DNA of 64,000 nucleotides from an uncultured delta proteobacterium (GCA_963712235.1 CAVQHC010000015.1:81007-145006); one strand, 5' to 3'; numbered from the stretch's first letter, positions 39,975 to 49,567 are shown. Translations and numbers: made by a program. Notes: generated by a model from the letters alone, not told the origin.

Positions 39975-40783
39975 CAGATCGACTCCAATACGCTCGACAG
40001 GAGCGCTTCGAAACGCGGCCGGACACGGCTCGCGGTTTCAGTCACTTCCTCGTGACTCAGAGGGGCTTTGGAAATCCCCGCAGCGAGATTCGCGATGCAC
40101 GAGATTCCGAGGACGCGAAGCCCCATGTGCCGTGCAGCCAGTACCTCGAGCACCGTGCTCATCCCTACCGCGTCGGCGCCCAGGGTCCGAAGCATGTTCA
40201 CTTCGGCCGGGGTTTCGTACGCCGGCCCGAGGAGGCCCGCATAGACGCCCCGCCGAAGCTCAAACCCCAGCCCCGTCGCGACACCGCTCGCGGTCTCGAT
40301 CAGCGCGGGGTCGAACGCAGCGCTCATGTCGAGGAATCGCGGGCCCTGCCGTTCATCGTTTGGACCGAGGAGACTGCTCGTCCCGGTGAGGTTGAGTTGA
40401 TCGCGGATCGCCATCAGGTCGCCCGCCTCTAGGTCTTGGGCAATCCCTCCGGCAGCGTTGGTGACGATCAAGGTCTCCGCGCCGAGCAGAGCCATCAAGC
40501 GCACCCCGAATACGACCTCGCTCGGAGAGTTCCCTTCGTAGAGATGTGCGCGTCCTTGCATCGCAACCACGCGCTTTCCACCTCTGCCCCCGGTGACGAG
40601 GTTGCCCGCATGCCCCAAGACGCCGGACAGCGGCATGTGTGGAATCTCCGCGTAGGGGATCGCGCGCGCGTCCTCCAAGCTCTTTGCATAGTCGCCGAGC
40701 CCCGAACCGAGGACCATGGCAACATCGGCCTTTCCGGTCTGGCTCGCGATCGCGGTCTTGGCTTGCTCGAGTGCCTCCATCAT
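39974..40783 (-). CDS. punA: Purine nucleoside phosphorylase (trimeric type)
   Basis: VLGSGLG, GHAG, GR.HLYEG, TNAAGG, GPAYETPAE, DAVGMST, HEEV. Confidence 0.93.
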   Translation of the reverse strand: MMEALEQAKTAIASQTGKADVAMVLGSGLGDYAKSLEDARAIPYAEIPHMPLSGVLGHAGNLVTGGRGGKRVVAMQGRAHLYEGNSPSEVVFGVRLMALLGAETLIVTNAAGGIAQDLEAGDLMAIRDQLNLTGTSSLLGPNDERQGPRFLDMSAAFDPALIETASGVATGLGFELRRGVYAGLLGPAYETPAEVNMLRTLGADAVGMSTVLEVLAARHMGLRVLGISCIANLAAGISKAPLSHEEVTETASRVRPRFEALLSSVLESI

Positions 40784-40825
40784 CGCGCCCGCATTGTACG
40801 CCACCTCGGCTATAGTGCCGGCCGG

Positions 40826-41464
40826 ATGATGAAACGAGTCGCAATCGCCTTTTTGCTATGCTCGTCCGCCTGCGCGGGCCGAGGCGTAGACGGACCCGGA
40901 AGCGAAACGGTCCGCGAAATCTCTGAACCCATCGACGCGCCTGGCGTCATCGAGCCGCCAGTTCTGGTTTCGATCGTCCCCATTGCCACGGCCCAGGAGA
41001 TTCCGCGCGATTGCTCGGCGCCGGTCGAGGAGTCGTGCAATGCCATCGACGACGATTGCGACGGCGTCATCGACGACGGCTGTGGGTATGGGACCGGCCT
41101 GATGCAGGTCACCGCATCGTGGAACACCGGGGCAGACATCGACCTCTACGTCACCGGGCCGCTCGGCGACACCCTGAGCTTTCAACGTCCTTCGACCCCG
41201 TCGGGGGCTCGCGTCGACCACTCGGGCCGCGGGGACTGCGTTGACATGCCGAACCCGCAGATCGAAAACATTCGCTGGGTCGGCGCTCGTCCCATGGACG
41301 GCATCTATGAGGTCGAGGTTCACTATTGGGGGGAGTGCATCGGCAGTGGAGGGCCGACGCTGGTCACCCTCTCTGTTGCGGTCGGACGCCGGATTGCTGG
41401 CCAGTACCGCCAAAGCCTTCTGCCTGGCGAACGCATTCGTGTTTTGCGGTTCGTCGTCCAATGA
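40826..41464 (+). CDS. Lipoprotein with MopE-like Cys/Asp motif and YfaP/DUF2135-like domain
   Basis: Lipobox SSAC; ESCNAIDDDCDGVIDDGC; VTASWNTGADIDLYV...P..ENI.W...Y.V.VHYW. Confidence 0.65.
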   Translation: MMKRVAIAFLLCSSACAGRGVDGPGSETVREISEPIDAPGVIEPPVLVSIVPIATAQEIPRDCSAPVEESCNAIDDDCDGVIDDGCGYGTGLMQVTASWNTGADIDLYVTGPLGDTLSFQRPSTPSGARVDHSGRGDCVDMPNPQIENIRWVGARPMDGIYEVEVHYWGECIGSGGPTLVTLSVAVGRRIAGQYRQSLLPGERIRVLRFVVQ

Positions 41465-42759
41465 CGGTGCGCCGGGCCCAGGGTCTGTTCGTCGTCTCCC
41501 TCGCGTCTCTTGGAAGCATGCTCGCCGCGCTCGCACTTGCGGCACGCGCCGGCTGCCTCCCCTCTACCTTCGTTGCCGGCCTGGCGATCTCGTTCATCCC
41601 ATATGCGGGCTTGCTCCTCGCCGCACTTTCGCTCCGAAGGCTGTCCCCGCTGAGCCTCGCCGCGCTCGCGTTGCTGTTTGGCGCGCCCCTCGTATTCGCG
41701 CCGCCCCTCCTGTCCGATGACCTCTACCGCTATCTTTGGGAGGGGCGAATGTGGCTCGAGGGGTTCAACCCGTATCGACTCGCCCCCGACGACCTCGCCC
41801 TTGCGCCGCTCCGAGACGAGGTCTGGAAGAACATCAACAACCCTGCGATCGGCAGCATCTACCCACCGCTTTCGCAACTCCTATTCGTCTTGGTGGCCTG
41901 GTTCGGGGGACAGGTCTGGGTGCTCAAGCTTTTGGCACTTCTGGCGCATGCTGGCACCGCGGCGTTCGTCGCGCGAATCGTCAAATCCCCCGAGGCGCCC
42001 TTTGCCATCGCCCTCAACCCGCTTCTGTTGAGCGAAAGTGCGCTCAACGGCCACCTCGACATCCTCTGCGGCCTCGCACTTCTGGTCACGGCCTGGGCCC
42101 TCACACAGCAGCGCTACCTTCGAGCGAGCATCGCAGTCTGCGTGACCGTTGGGCTCAAGGTGGTTGGCTTGGCGCTCCTGCCTTTATTCGCTCGACGGCC
42201 CAAGGTCTTGCTGGGCACGGCGTTCGCTTCCCTGCTCCTGCTCGTGCCGCTCTTCGTCGAGCGCGCACCCGCCGACCCCGTCTCTGGCGCAGGGCAGTTC
42301 GCAAGCCGTTGGCGCGGCAACGAAAGCCTCTTTGCGCTTGCCGACTGGGCCAGCCGCCAAGCCTTCGGAGATACGTCCGCCGATCTCGCCGCGCGCTCGA
42401 TGACGGGGTTGGTCTTCCTCGTGCTCTGCGCCTTCGTAGTGCATCGTCGCGTGCCGAGCTTGGCCGCTGCACGAGTCCTGATTTGGTCCGTCCTGCTGCT
42501 CTCCCCGCAGGTCCATCCCTGGTACCTCGCCTGGCTGCTTCCGCTGGAGCTGGTCGCCGCTGGCTCGGCGGGCTTGGTCTGGAGCGCCGCTGTTCTCTGT
42601 GCGTACGCGCCGCTCGACCTCTGGGTCAGCCAAGGGCTTTGGCGGATACCCCCGTGGCTGCAGGTCTTCGAGTATTCGATCGTCGCGCTCGCACTAATCC
42701 TCGACCCGCAGCGTCCAACCCTCCAAGCGCAGCGGGTGGAAGGGCAATTTCTTCTGTGA
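41461..42759 (+). CDS. GT-C-fold polytopic glycosyltransferase (GT87/DUF2029-like)
   Basis: LSDDLYRYLWEG, GFNPY..AP, IYPP, NGH.D, NES, SPQVHPWY; multiple TMs. Confidence 0.8.
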   Translation: MTVRRAQGLFVVSLASLGSMLAALALAARAGCLPSTFVAGLAISFIPYAGLLLAALSLRRLSPLSLAALALLFGAPLVFAPPLLSDDLYRYLWEGRMWLEGFNPYRLAPDDLALAPLRDEVWKNINNPAIGSIYPPLSQLLFVLVAWFGGQVWVLKLLALLAHAGTAAFVARIVKSPEAPFAIALNPLLLSESALNGHLDILCGLALLVTAWALTQQRYLRASIAVCVTVGLKVVGLALLPLFARRPKVLLGTAFASLLLLVPLFVERAPADPVSGAGQFASRWRGNESLFALADWASRQAFGDTSADLAARSMTGLVFLVLCAFVVHRRVPSLAAARVLIWSVLLLSPQVHPWYLAWLLPLELVAAGSAGLVWSAAVLCAYAPLDLWVSQGLWRIPPWLQVFEYSIVALALILDPQRPTLQAQRVEGQFLL

Positions 42760-42879
42760 TTCAAGAAGCTTAGCGCGGTCGTGGCGAGGTGATTCGCGGC
42801 CGCTTGGTTTTGGCTTGCAGGCAAGGCCGCAGCCCCTAGACTACGCGCCCCTGAAGCCCAGGGATTGACGGATTCATCT

Positions 42880-43188
42880 ATGTACGCGGTCATTCAAACA
42901 GGCGGAAAGCAGTATCGAGTTGCCGAAGGCGACACGATTCGCGTCGAAAAACTAATCGGCGACGTCGGCTCCAAGGTCGAGTTCACCGACATCTTGATGG
43001 TCGGCGGCGAGAAGGTCGAAGTGGGCAAGCCGCACGTCGACGGCGCCAAAGTGACGGCGGAAATCGTCGCACAAGATCTGGCCAAAAAGATCATCGTCTT
43101 CAAGATGAAGCGCCGGAAGGGCTACCGAAACCGTCGCGGTCACCGGCAGCCGTACACCGAGCTTCGCATCAAGAGCGTGAAGGGCTAA
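42880..43188 (+). CDS. rplU: 50S ribosomal protein L21
   Basis: [14 protein letters not shown]...GHRQPYT. Confidence 0.98.
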   Translation: MYAVIQTGGKQYRVAEGDTIRVEKLIGDVGSKVEFTDILMVGGEKVEVGKPHVDGAKVTAEIVAQDLAKKIIVFKMKRRKGYRNRRGHRQPYTELRIKSVKG

Positions 43189-43197
43189 GGAGGCGCC

Positions 43198-43458
43198 ATG
43201 GCACATAAGAAGGGTCAGGGCTCATCCCGCAACGGCCGCGATTCCAAGCCGCAGTACCGTGGCGTCAAAGTGTTCGGTGGCCAGACGGTCCCCGCAGGCA
43301 GCATCTTGGTTCGGCAGGTCGGCCAGACCTTCCACCCCGGCGCCAATGTGGGCGTGGGCAAGGACTACACGCTCTGGGCCAAAGTGGACGGCGTGGTGAC
43401 GTTCGAGCGCCGCGGCCGTACGGGCAAGCGCGTCGCCGTCTATCCCGCCGACAGCTGA
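43198..43458 (+). CDS. rpmA: 50S ribosomal protein L27
   Basis: [16 protein letters not shown]; AGGAGG RBS. Confidence 0.98.
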   Translation: MAHKKGQGSSRNGRDSKPQYRGVKVFGGQTVPAGSILVRQVGQTFHPGANVGVGKDYTLWAKVDGVVTFERRGRTGKRVAVYPADS

Positions 43459-43466
43459 GCGACTCC

Positions 43467-44942
43467 TTGCAGGAGCGTTTCCCCGCGCCCGAGTTTGACT
43501 CCCCCAGCGGGAGCGTCTTTCCTCCGCCGGCTGGACGTCGGGTCTACTGCAACCGCAACATGCGGCTCGACCAGGTCAAAGTCGTTGGCTTCGACATGGA
43601 CTACACGCTGGCGATCTACCGACAGGAGGAGATCGACCGACTCAGCATCGACGCGACGGTCAGCAAACTGATCGAGCGCGGCTACCCCGAGGAGCTCCGC
43701 GCGATGAAGTATCGGACGGACTTCCCGATTCGTGGCCTGTTGATCGATCGGAAGCTCGGCAACGTGCTCAAGATGGACCGTCATCGGTACGTCAAGACCG
43801 CCTATCACGGCTTCACCAAGCTCAGCCGGGAAGAACGCCGCCGCGCGTACCACACCCGGCGGCTGCGTCCTGGCACCGGGCGCTACCACTGGGTCGACAC
43901 GCTCTACTCCCTGTCCGAGGTGGCGGTCTACGCCGCGGTGATCGAGCACCTCGAGCCGCGCCAGGGCGGGCTCGACTACGGTCAGCTCTTCGCCGACATT
44001 CGGCAGTGCGCCGACCTCTCGCATCAGGATGGCTCGATTCTCGACGTGGTGCTGCAAGATTTACCACGTTACGTCGATCGTGATCAGGAGCTCGGGCTCC
44101 TGTTCCACAAGCTTCGGAGCGCGGGCAAGCGACTCTTCCTGCTGACCAACTCGGGCCCCGAGTACACCGAAGCAATGATGTCCTACCTGCTGGGCGACGC
44201 CCTCGAGGAGTACCCCAGCTGGAAGAACTACCTCGACTACATCTGCACCTTCTCGAAAAAACCGAGCTTTTTCACGGGGAAGGCGCCTTTCGTCGATGTC
44301 GAGACGGGAGCGGAGATTCGCGAGCCCGCGCGCGGCCGCGTGTACACCGGGGGGAACATCGCCGACCTCCAGCGGGCGCTCGGCTTCGCCGGCGACGAAG
44401 TGCTCTACGTGGGCGACCACATCTACGGCGACGTCCTCCGAGCCAAGAAGGAATCGACCTGGCGCACCGCGATGATCATTCAAGAGATGGACGATGAGCT
44501 TCGGGTGCTGAGGGAGCACGCGCTCACCTTCGATCGCGCGGACGCCCTCGAACAGATGCAGGATGCGGTGCAGGACGAGCTTCGGGAGCACCAGGCCCGG
44601 CTCAAGCGGGCCGAGCGGAAGCTGAGTGAGCATGAATCGGGCCCTGAGCGAGCGAAATGGGACTCCAAACGGGTCCGTCATAGGCGCTCGATCGATCGGC
44701 TGAGGGCCCAGCTCAAAGAGCTGAACGCCGAGCGGGCCGCGCTTCACGACGTCCTGGACGAAGCATTTCACCCCTTTTGGGGCTCGGTCTTCAAGGCCGG
44801 CAACGAGGTGTCGAGCTTTGGCAATCAGATCGAGCAGTACGCGGGCCTGTACACCGCTCGCGCCACGAATCTGACGCAGTACTCGCCCATGCACTACTTC
44901 CAGAGCCCCCGGCATCGGATGCCCCACGAGAACGGGAGCTAG
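43467..44942 (+). CDS. HAD-IG family 5'-nucleotidase (cN-II-like)
   Basis: GFDMDYTL, LLTNS, KP.FF, YVGDHIYGD. Confidence 0.92.
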   Translation: MQERFPAPEFDSPSGSVFPPPAGRRVYCNRNMRLDQVKVVGFDMDYTLAIYRQEEIDRLSIDATVSKLIERGYPEELRAMKYRTDFPIRGLLIDRKLGNVLKMDRHRYVKTAYHGFTKLSREERRRAYHTRRLRPGTGRYHWVDTLYSLSEVAVYAAVIEHLEPRQGGLDYGQLFADIRQCADLSHQDGSILDVVLQDLPRYVDRDQELGLLFHKLRSAGKRLFLLTNSGPEYTEAMMSYLLGDALEEYPSWKNYLDYICTFSKKPSFFTGKAPFVDVETGAEIREPARGRVYTGGNIADLQRALGFAGDEVLYVGDHIYGDVLRAKKESTWRTAMIIQEMDDELRVLREHALTFDRADALEQMQDAVQDELREHQARLKRAERKLSEHESGPERAKWDSKRVRHRRSIDRLRAQLKELNAERAALHDVLDEAFHPFWGSVFKAGNEVSSFGNQIEQYAGLYTARATNLTQYSPMHYFQSPRHRMPHENGS

Positions 44943-45065
44943 CCAAGCGCTTGCGCGTTCGGTGGTCGAGCGGTTGAGCGACGATGGCCCCGCGTGCGCA
45001 GAATTATCGTCCGGACACGCTCTCGCTTGTTTATACTGCGCGCTTCATCCACAACGGAGCGTGAC

Positions 45066-45538
45066 ATGGCGAAAGCGGCGACCAAAAAAGCCACCAAGAA
45101 GCGGGCGACCAAAAAGTCGGCGCCCAAAAAGAAGACCGTAAAGAAGGCCACCAAGAAGCGCGCGGCGCCGAAGAAGGCCACCAAGAAGCGCGCGGCGCGA
45201 AGAAGGCCGCCAAGAAGCGCGCGGCGCCGAAGAAGGCAGCCAAGAAGCGTGCGGCGCCGAAGAAGACGGTGAAGTCTGAAGCGGCCGCGCTGAAAAAGAA
45301 GCTCACCAAGGCCAAGAAGTCGGCCGGCAAGGCGATCGCCGATCTCGAGAAGAAGGGCGAGAAGGCGGCGAAAAACCTCAAGTCCAAGACGACGAAGAAG
45401 TTCACCAAGGCCAAGAAGTCGGCAAGAAAGGCGATCGCCGATCTCGAGAAGAAGGGCGAGAAGGCCGTCAAAGAGCTGAAGGCCAAGACGAGCAAAAAGA
45501 AGAAGCCGGCGAAGCGAAAGCCAGCGGCGAAGAAGTAG
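45066..45538 (+). CDS. Histone H1-like Lys/Ala-rich protein (apparent 1-nt deletion near 45198)
   Basis: GGAG RBS; repeated KKRAAPKKA units; the unit at about 45190 lacks one C; duplicated TKAKKSAxKAIADLEKKGEKA. Confidence 0.8.
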
Positions 45539-45589
45539 GCGCCGGCCGGTCGACGAGGCCTGCCTTCGTCTCCCCGAGCCGCTCTGGCA

Positions 45590-45627
45590 TCGATCACGGG
45601 CCCGGATCCTTTTCGATCACGGGCCCG
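45590..45627. repeat. 15-bp direct repeat TCGATCACGGGCCCG x2 (23-bp period) downstream of the tRNA
   Basis: Copies at 45590-45604 and 45613-45627. Confidence 0.7.
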
Positions 45628-45652
45628 TTCTCGTTTGCATGTCGAAAAAGGG

Positions 45653-45725
45653 TGGAGCGACGGGGGATCGAACCCCGGACCCCCACACTGCCAGTGTGGT
45701 GCTCTCCCAGCTGAGCTACCGCCCC
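45653..45725 (-). tRNA. tRNA-Ala (GGC)
   Basis: GGGGCGGTAGCTCAGCTGGGAGAGCACCACACTGGCAGTGTGGGGGTCCGGGGTTCGATCCCCCGTCGCTCCA; anticodon GGC; G3:U70 identity pair; followed by CCC, so CCA is not fully encoded. Confidence 0.97.
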
Positions 45726-45860
45726 TAGAGGGACGCCGTTCTGCTTCGCGGCCCCCTGTTTGTCAATCGCTCGCGCTTGATTTCCGGCCACGGCTTCGAC
45801 GCTCGGAGATGGCACCGGAAATCTTGACCATTTCGGTCGGCCCGGCGAAAGGAAAGGACG

Positions 45861-47390
45861 ATGCGAGCGCTCGCTTTCTTCGTCATTTTGCTCAGCGCGT
45901 GCAGCGGGTATGACGATCTCGCGCTGCTCGACGTGGAGACGATCGAGCCCCCCGAGATCGAGACCGGAGGGACCCTGCGAATCCATGGTCACGGCTTCCC
46001 TCTGGGGCGTGCTCCCGAGATTCTGCTGCGCGGCTCGATCTATCGGCCTGGGATGCGCGCAAGTCGCATCGATGCCCGCCTCGCCGGCGAGGTTCGCTCC
46101 GAATCGCTCATCGAGATTCCAATCGTGGAGGAGCTGATCGACGCCCTTGGCGGCCGGGCCACCGTCGACGGGGAGCTGCGCGTCGGGTTTCGCGCGGCGG
46201 ACGAGCGCCGAGACGTTTTCGCAGCCGAGCGGGTGCGGGTCGACTTCCTTCCCGACACGTCGTCGCAGCTGCGCGCCGATGTTGACCGTGAGGGGCAGTC
46301 GTCGCCGCTACCCGTCTCACCGAGCTTCGGCTTGGAGCTCTCCCGCGAGGAGCTAGGCGCCGTCGGGGTCGAGGTGGTCTCGGTGGACCCCGACGGGCTC
46401 GCTGCGAGGCAGGGCGTGAAGTCGGGCGACACGATCGTAGGGCTCGACGGGATGAGCCTTTATAGCCGGCGCGACTTCCTTCCCGACCCCAGTCGAACCG
46501 AGTCCACCGTGCTTGTTGCTCGGGATGGGCTTCGCGGGGTTCACGCGCTTCGTTGGCCGCACGAAGCCAAAGAGCGCTCTGCGGAGCCCATGGCCATCGG
46601 CCTATTCGTCTTGCTCGGACTCCTGCTCGGCTGGCTTTCTCCGGCGACGCTCTGGCTGCGCACCAGCCCTGCGACGGTTTCGCTTTCTGCATGGCTCACC
46701 GGATCGAGTCTCATCGTCATCTTTGCGGCACTCCTCGTATTCGTTTCGGCGCTTCACTGGACGACGATGTGGATTTTGGGCTTGGGGACGTTCGCAGCGC
46801 TCTTCACCTTGGCGACCAGGGATCGCGCCGGAGCGTCCAGCTTCGCCTTCGCCGTAACCGCGACACTCACCGTGATGTTGCTCGCGCGGACCGCGAGCCT
46901 CTCCCTGATCATCGCTGCTCAGCATCCATCGGTTCTTCGCTGGTATCTGTTCCAGTCGCCCGCTTCCTTCTTCGCATGTGCTGCGTATGTCTACGCGCTT
47001 GGAGCGGTCGGCGCGCGAGCCAACTATTCTGCATCACTCTATTCGGCGGCAGCAGCGGTCTTCGGCGCGGCTCTGTTCCTCGGGGGTTGGCCTTTGGCGG
47101 GCTCGATGGGGGGGATCGCCGCGTTCGCCGGGAAGGCTGCCGCGCTGATGATCGCGGCCCGCGCGATCGAGATGAGCCCCAAAGTGGCTGCGACATGTTC
47201 GGGATTGGGAGTCGGGCTTGCGTTGCTCGGATACGTCGTAGACCTAGCCTCGCTCTTTCCCCAGTGGAGCGCCTTGTCGGTGGGAGCTGTGTGCGCGCTT
47301 GCCGTTCGCGTCCTGGTGCCTCCGCTTCGTCGAGAGGCGGCTCCGGTCATGGCCGTATCACCTAGTCCGCTCGTTTCAAAAAATCCTTGA
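45861..47390 (+). CDS. Lipoprotein-anchored Ig-like + PDZ + polytopic membrane protein (NuoH-like C-terminal domain)
   Basis: Lipobox LSAC; IEP..I..G..LRIHG.GFP (IPT-like); FGLEL...V..V...GLAA..GVK.GD.I..LDG (PDZ); about 8-10 TMs with SL..IIAAQ...W..F..P..F and LFLGGW. Confidence 0.65.
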   Translation: MRALAFFVILLSACSGYDDLALLDVETIEPPEIETGGTLRIHGHGFPLGRAPEILLRGSIYRPGMRASRIDARLAGEVRSESLIEIPIVEELIDALGGRATVDGELRVGFRAADERRDVFAAERVRVDFLPDTSSQLRADVDREGQSSPLPVSPSFGLELSREELGAVGVEVVSVDPDGLAARQGVKSGDTIVGLDGMSLYSRRDFLPDPSRTESTVLVARDGLRGVHALRWPHEAKERSAEPMAIGLFVLLGLLLGWLSPATLWLRTSPATVSLSAWLTGSSLIVIFAALLVFVSALHWTTMWILGLGTFAALFTLATRDRAGASSFAFAVTATLTVMLLARTASLSLIIAAQHPSVLRWYLFQSPASFFACAAYVYALGAVGARANYSASLYSAAAAVFGAALFLGGWPLAGSMGGIAAFAGKAAALMIAARAIEMSPKVAATCSGLGVGLALLGYVVDLASLFPQWSALSVGAVCALAVRVLVPPLRREAAPVMAVSPSPLVSKNP

Positions 47391-47706
47391 GCAGCTCGCG
47401 TTGGTCCGAAGAGGGCGATAGAAACTGCAACCCTGCCTCGAAGCCACGCGCCCCAACCGGTTTGCTCCAGCGAACCGACGCGGCGCATTCGAACGGCGAA
47501 CGGTCCGGATCCTCGATCCCGTCCTCCGTCAAAAAGAAGCTGACGGTGAGCACTTCGCCTGCCGTGAGGGGACGCTCGAACACGATCGCAGCCCCACCGC
47601 TGCTGAGGTTCTTCATCTCCGCATGGAGCCTCTGACCCGAGACGCTGAGCTCGCAGGAAATCGAGACAAGGTAGCGATGGTGCTGTCGCTTCTGAATCGT
47701 CGTCAC
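47362..47706 (-). CDS. Stand-alone PilZ domain protein
   Basis: QKRQHHR (RxxxR) and NLSSGG (NxSxxG); VRW...GLQF. Confidence 0.88.
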   Translation of the reverse strand: MTTIQKRQHHRYLVSISCELSVSGQRLHAEMKNLSSGGAAIVFERPLTAGEVLTVSFFLTEDGIEDPDRSPFECAASVRWSKPVGARGFEAGLQFLSPSSDQRELLKDFLKRAD

Positions 47707-47751
47707 AGCTTCATGATGCGAGAGATGTCGCGTGAAGCAAAATTGTGAACG

Positions 47752-48513
47752 TCAATGAGCCTGGGGTCGGCGTGCCCGCGACTGCGCTCGTATCCCGTCG
47801 GCCTCGGCGCTCAGCTCTCGGTTCCCTGGCTCGTCGCGCAGCAAGGACGCGTAAATCGCGAGCGAGCGCTTGAAGTGTCCTTGCTCCGCGAGGATGCGGG
47901 CCATGGTCAGGGTGGGAAAGGGTTCGTCGAACATGCTCGCGGTCTTCGAAAAGACACCAACCGGCGGACGGCTAGGCGGCCCAGAGGCGGCCTCGAGCTC
48001 CGGCTCCGAATCGCTTCGGCTCGTGGTCCCCGCGTCAGGGTCCGCCGCGCTCGCTGACGCGGACACTGGCCCTGGTTCTGACGCGGGCACGGACGCTGGC
48101 ACTGACGCGGACACCGGCTCTGGCACGGACGCTGGCACTGGCACCGGCTCTGACGCTGGCATTGGCGCTGACGCCGATTCCCGACCCACCGAGGGCAGGG
48201 GAGCCTCCGCAGGGCGCCCAAACCGCTTCGCCTTGCCCTGCTCAGGCGCTTGCGACACCGATGCGGGCGCCCGGCCCTGAGGAGGCCGGGAAGCCGCCGC
48301 TCTGCGAGGCTCCTCCTGTGCGGCCTGCAGCGCCCACTTGGCGAAGCCGAGCACTTTGCCCAACAAACCCTCCGAATCCGGCCCGCCTGCGCGGTTGCGA
48401 ATCGCGTGAATCAGCTGTCCGCGGCTCATCGCGTAGGTATCGTCGACGCCCAGGCGCTCGGCTTCGTCGCGAAGCTCCCGCGTCGTCAGGTTGTAAAGTC
48501 GAGTCAGATCCAT
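47752..48513 (-). CDS. Hypothetical protein: Rho-N-like helical N-terminus, Pro/Ala/Ser linker, C-terminal TPR-like motif
   Basis: LTTRELRDEAERLGV......SR.QLI.AI; PASV repeats; PTLTMARILAEQGH...LAIY..LL...P.N. Confidence 0.6.
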   Translation of the reverse strand: MDLTRLYNLTTRELRDEAERLGVDDTYAMSRGQLIHAIRNRAGGPDSEGLLGKVLGFAKWALQAAQEEPRRAAASRPPQGRAPASVSQAPEQGKAKRFGRPAEAPLPSVGRESASAPMPASEPVPVPASVPEPVSASVPASVPASEPGPVSASASAADPDAGTTSRSDSEPELEAASGPPSRPPVGVFSKTASMFDEPFPTLTMARILAEQGHFKRSLAIYASLLRDEPGNRELSAEADGIRAQSRARRPQAH

Positions 48514-49475
48514 CGAACCAGCTCCGGGTCCATCTGTTGTAGCGCGTTCTTGGCCTGGTCGCAGTCCCGATCGATTTGCTCGCGGAGCGCTTCGAGCCCG
48601 TCGAACTTCGCTTCGCCCCGAATGCGGGCCACGAAACCGATGCGCATGCGTTTACCGTAGAGATCGCCCTCGAACCCGAGAAGATGCACCTCGATCGAAT
48701 GTCCCGCTTCGAAGGTCGGCCGGTTGCCCAGGTTGGCGACCCCTTGCAGCAACGGCGCTCCGGGCTCGTCGAGAATTCGAGCGACTACAGCGTACACCCC
48801 ATCTTTTGGAAGCTGTAGCGGCTCTACAGCTAGATTCGCCGTAGGAAAACCCAGCTCGCGGCCACGCTGGTCGCCCCGCGTGACCACGCCGGTGGTTTCG
48901 TGTACCCGCGTCATCATCAGCGCCGCATCCTCGACGTTCCCATCTTCCCCGAGGATTCGGCGAAGCCGCGTCGAGGACACCGCCTGCCCTTCAAACATCA
49001 CCGGCTGCACGAGCTGCACCGTGAATCCCTCGCGTTTCCCCCAGTCGCGCAGCGTGCTGATGTTTCCAGAGCGCTTGTGCCCGAAATGAAAATCAGGGCC
49101 CACCACCACACCCTTGGCTCGGCACGCCTCCAGTAGGACCCGCTCGACGAATCGGTCCGGAGTCATCTTCGAGAACTCGCTGTCGAATGGCAGCACCACG
49201 ACGTCGTCACAGCCGGCCCCCTTCAGGAGCTCGACGCGGCGCTTCATGTCGGTCAGCAGCACCGGCGCCCGTTCGGGGGCCAGAACGGCCGTTGGATGCG
49301 GCTCGAAGCACATGGCCAGGGTCTGCCAGCCCTCGGCGTTCGCGGTCCGCTTGGCCGCGTCGACCAGCGCCCTGTGCCCCAGATGAACGCCATCGTGGTT
49401 TCCAGGAGTGACGACAGAGTGGGTGCGGCGCATCAGCTCAGGAGCCCCGGAGCGGTGAACGTGCTCCTCCTTCAC
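48504..49475 (-). CDS. ribF: Bifunctional riboflavin kinase/FAD synthetase
   Basis: GNHDGVHLGH, F.PHP, VGPDFHFG, SSTR.R, GRELGFPTANL, G.RPTF, IEVH. Confidence 0.95.
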   Translation of the reverse strand: MKEEHVHRSGAPELMRRTHSVVTPGNHDGVHLGHRALVDAAKRTANAEGWQTLAMCFEPHPTAVLAPERAPVLLTDMKRRVELLKGAGCDDVVVLPFDSEFSKMTPDRFVERVLLEACRAKGVVVGPDFHFGHKRSGNISTLRDWGKREGFTVQLVQPVMFEGQAVSSTRLRRILGEDGNVEDAALMMTRVHETTGVVTRGDQRGRELGFPTANLAVEPLQLPKDGVYAVVARILDEPGAPLLQGVANLGNRPTFEAGHSIEVHLLGFEGDLYGKRMRIGFVARIRGEAKFDGLEALREQIDRDCDQAKNALQQMDPELVRWI

Positions 49476-49567
49476 TCACCTACAGCGCCGTTCGAGACAC
49501 TTCAACTCGAATACGCCCGATATCCAGGTTGATGACGAAGGGCTTTGGGTGCTGTATGGTTGAAAAC

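Noticed and set aside
45066-45270. 27-bp tandem repeats as CRISPR or non-coding VNTR
   Set aside because: They encode the KKRAAPKKA units of the H1-like protein
45653-45725. tRNA-anchored genomic island
   Set aside because: No integrase, no duplicated tRNA 3' end noticed, no compositional shift
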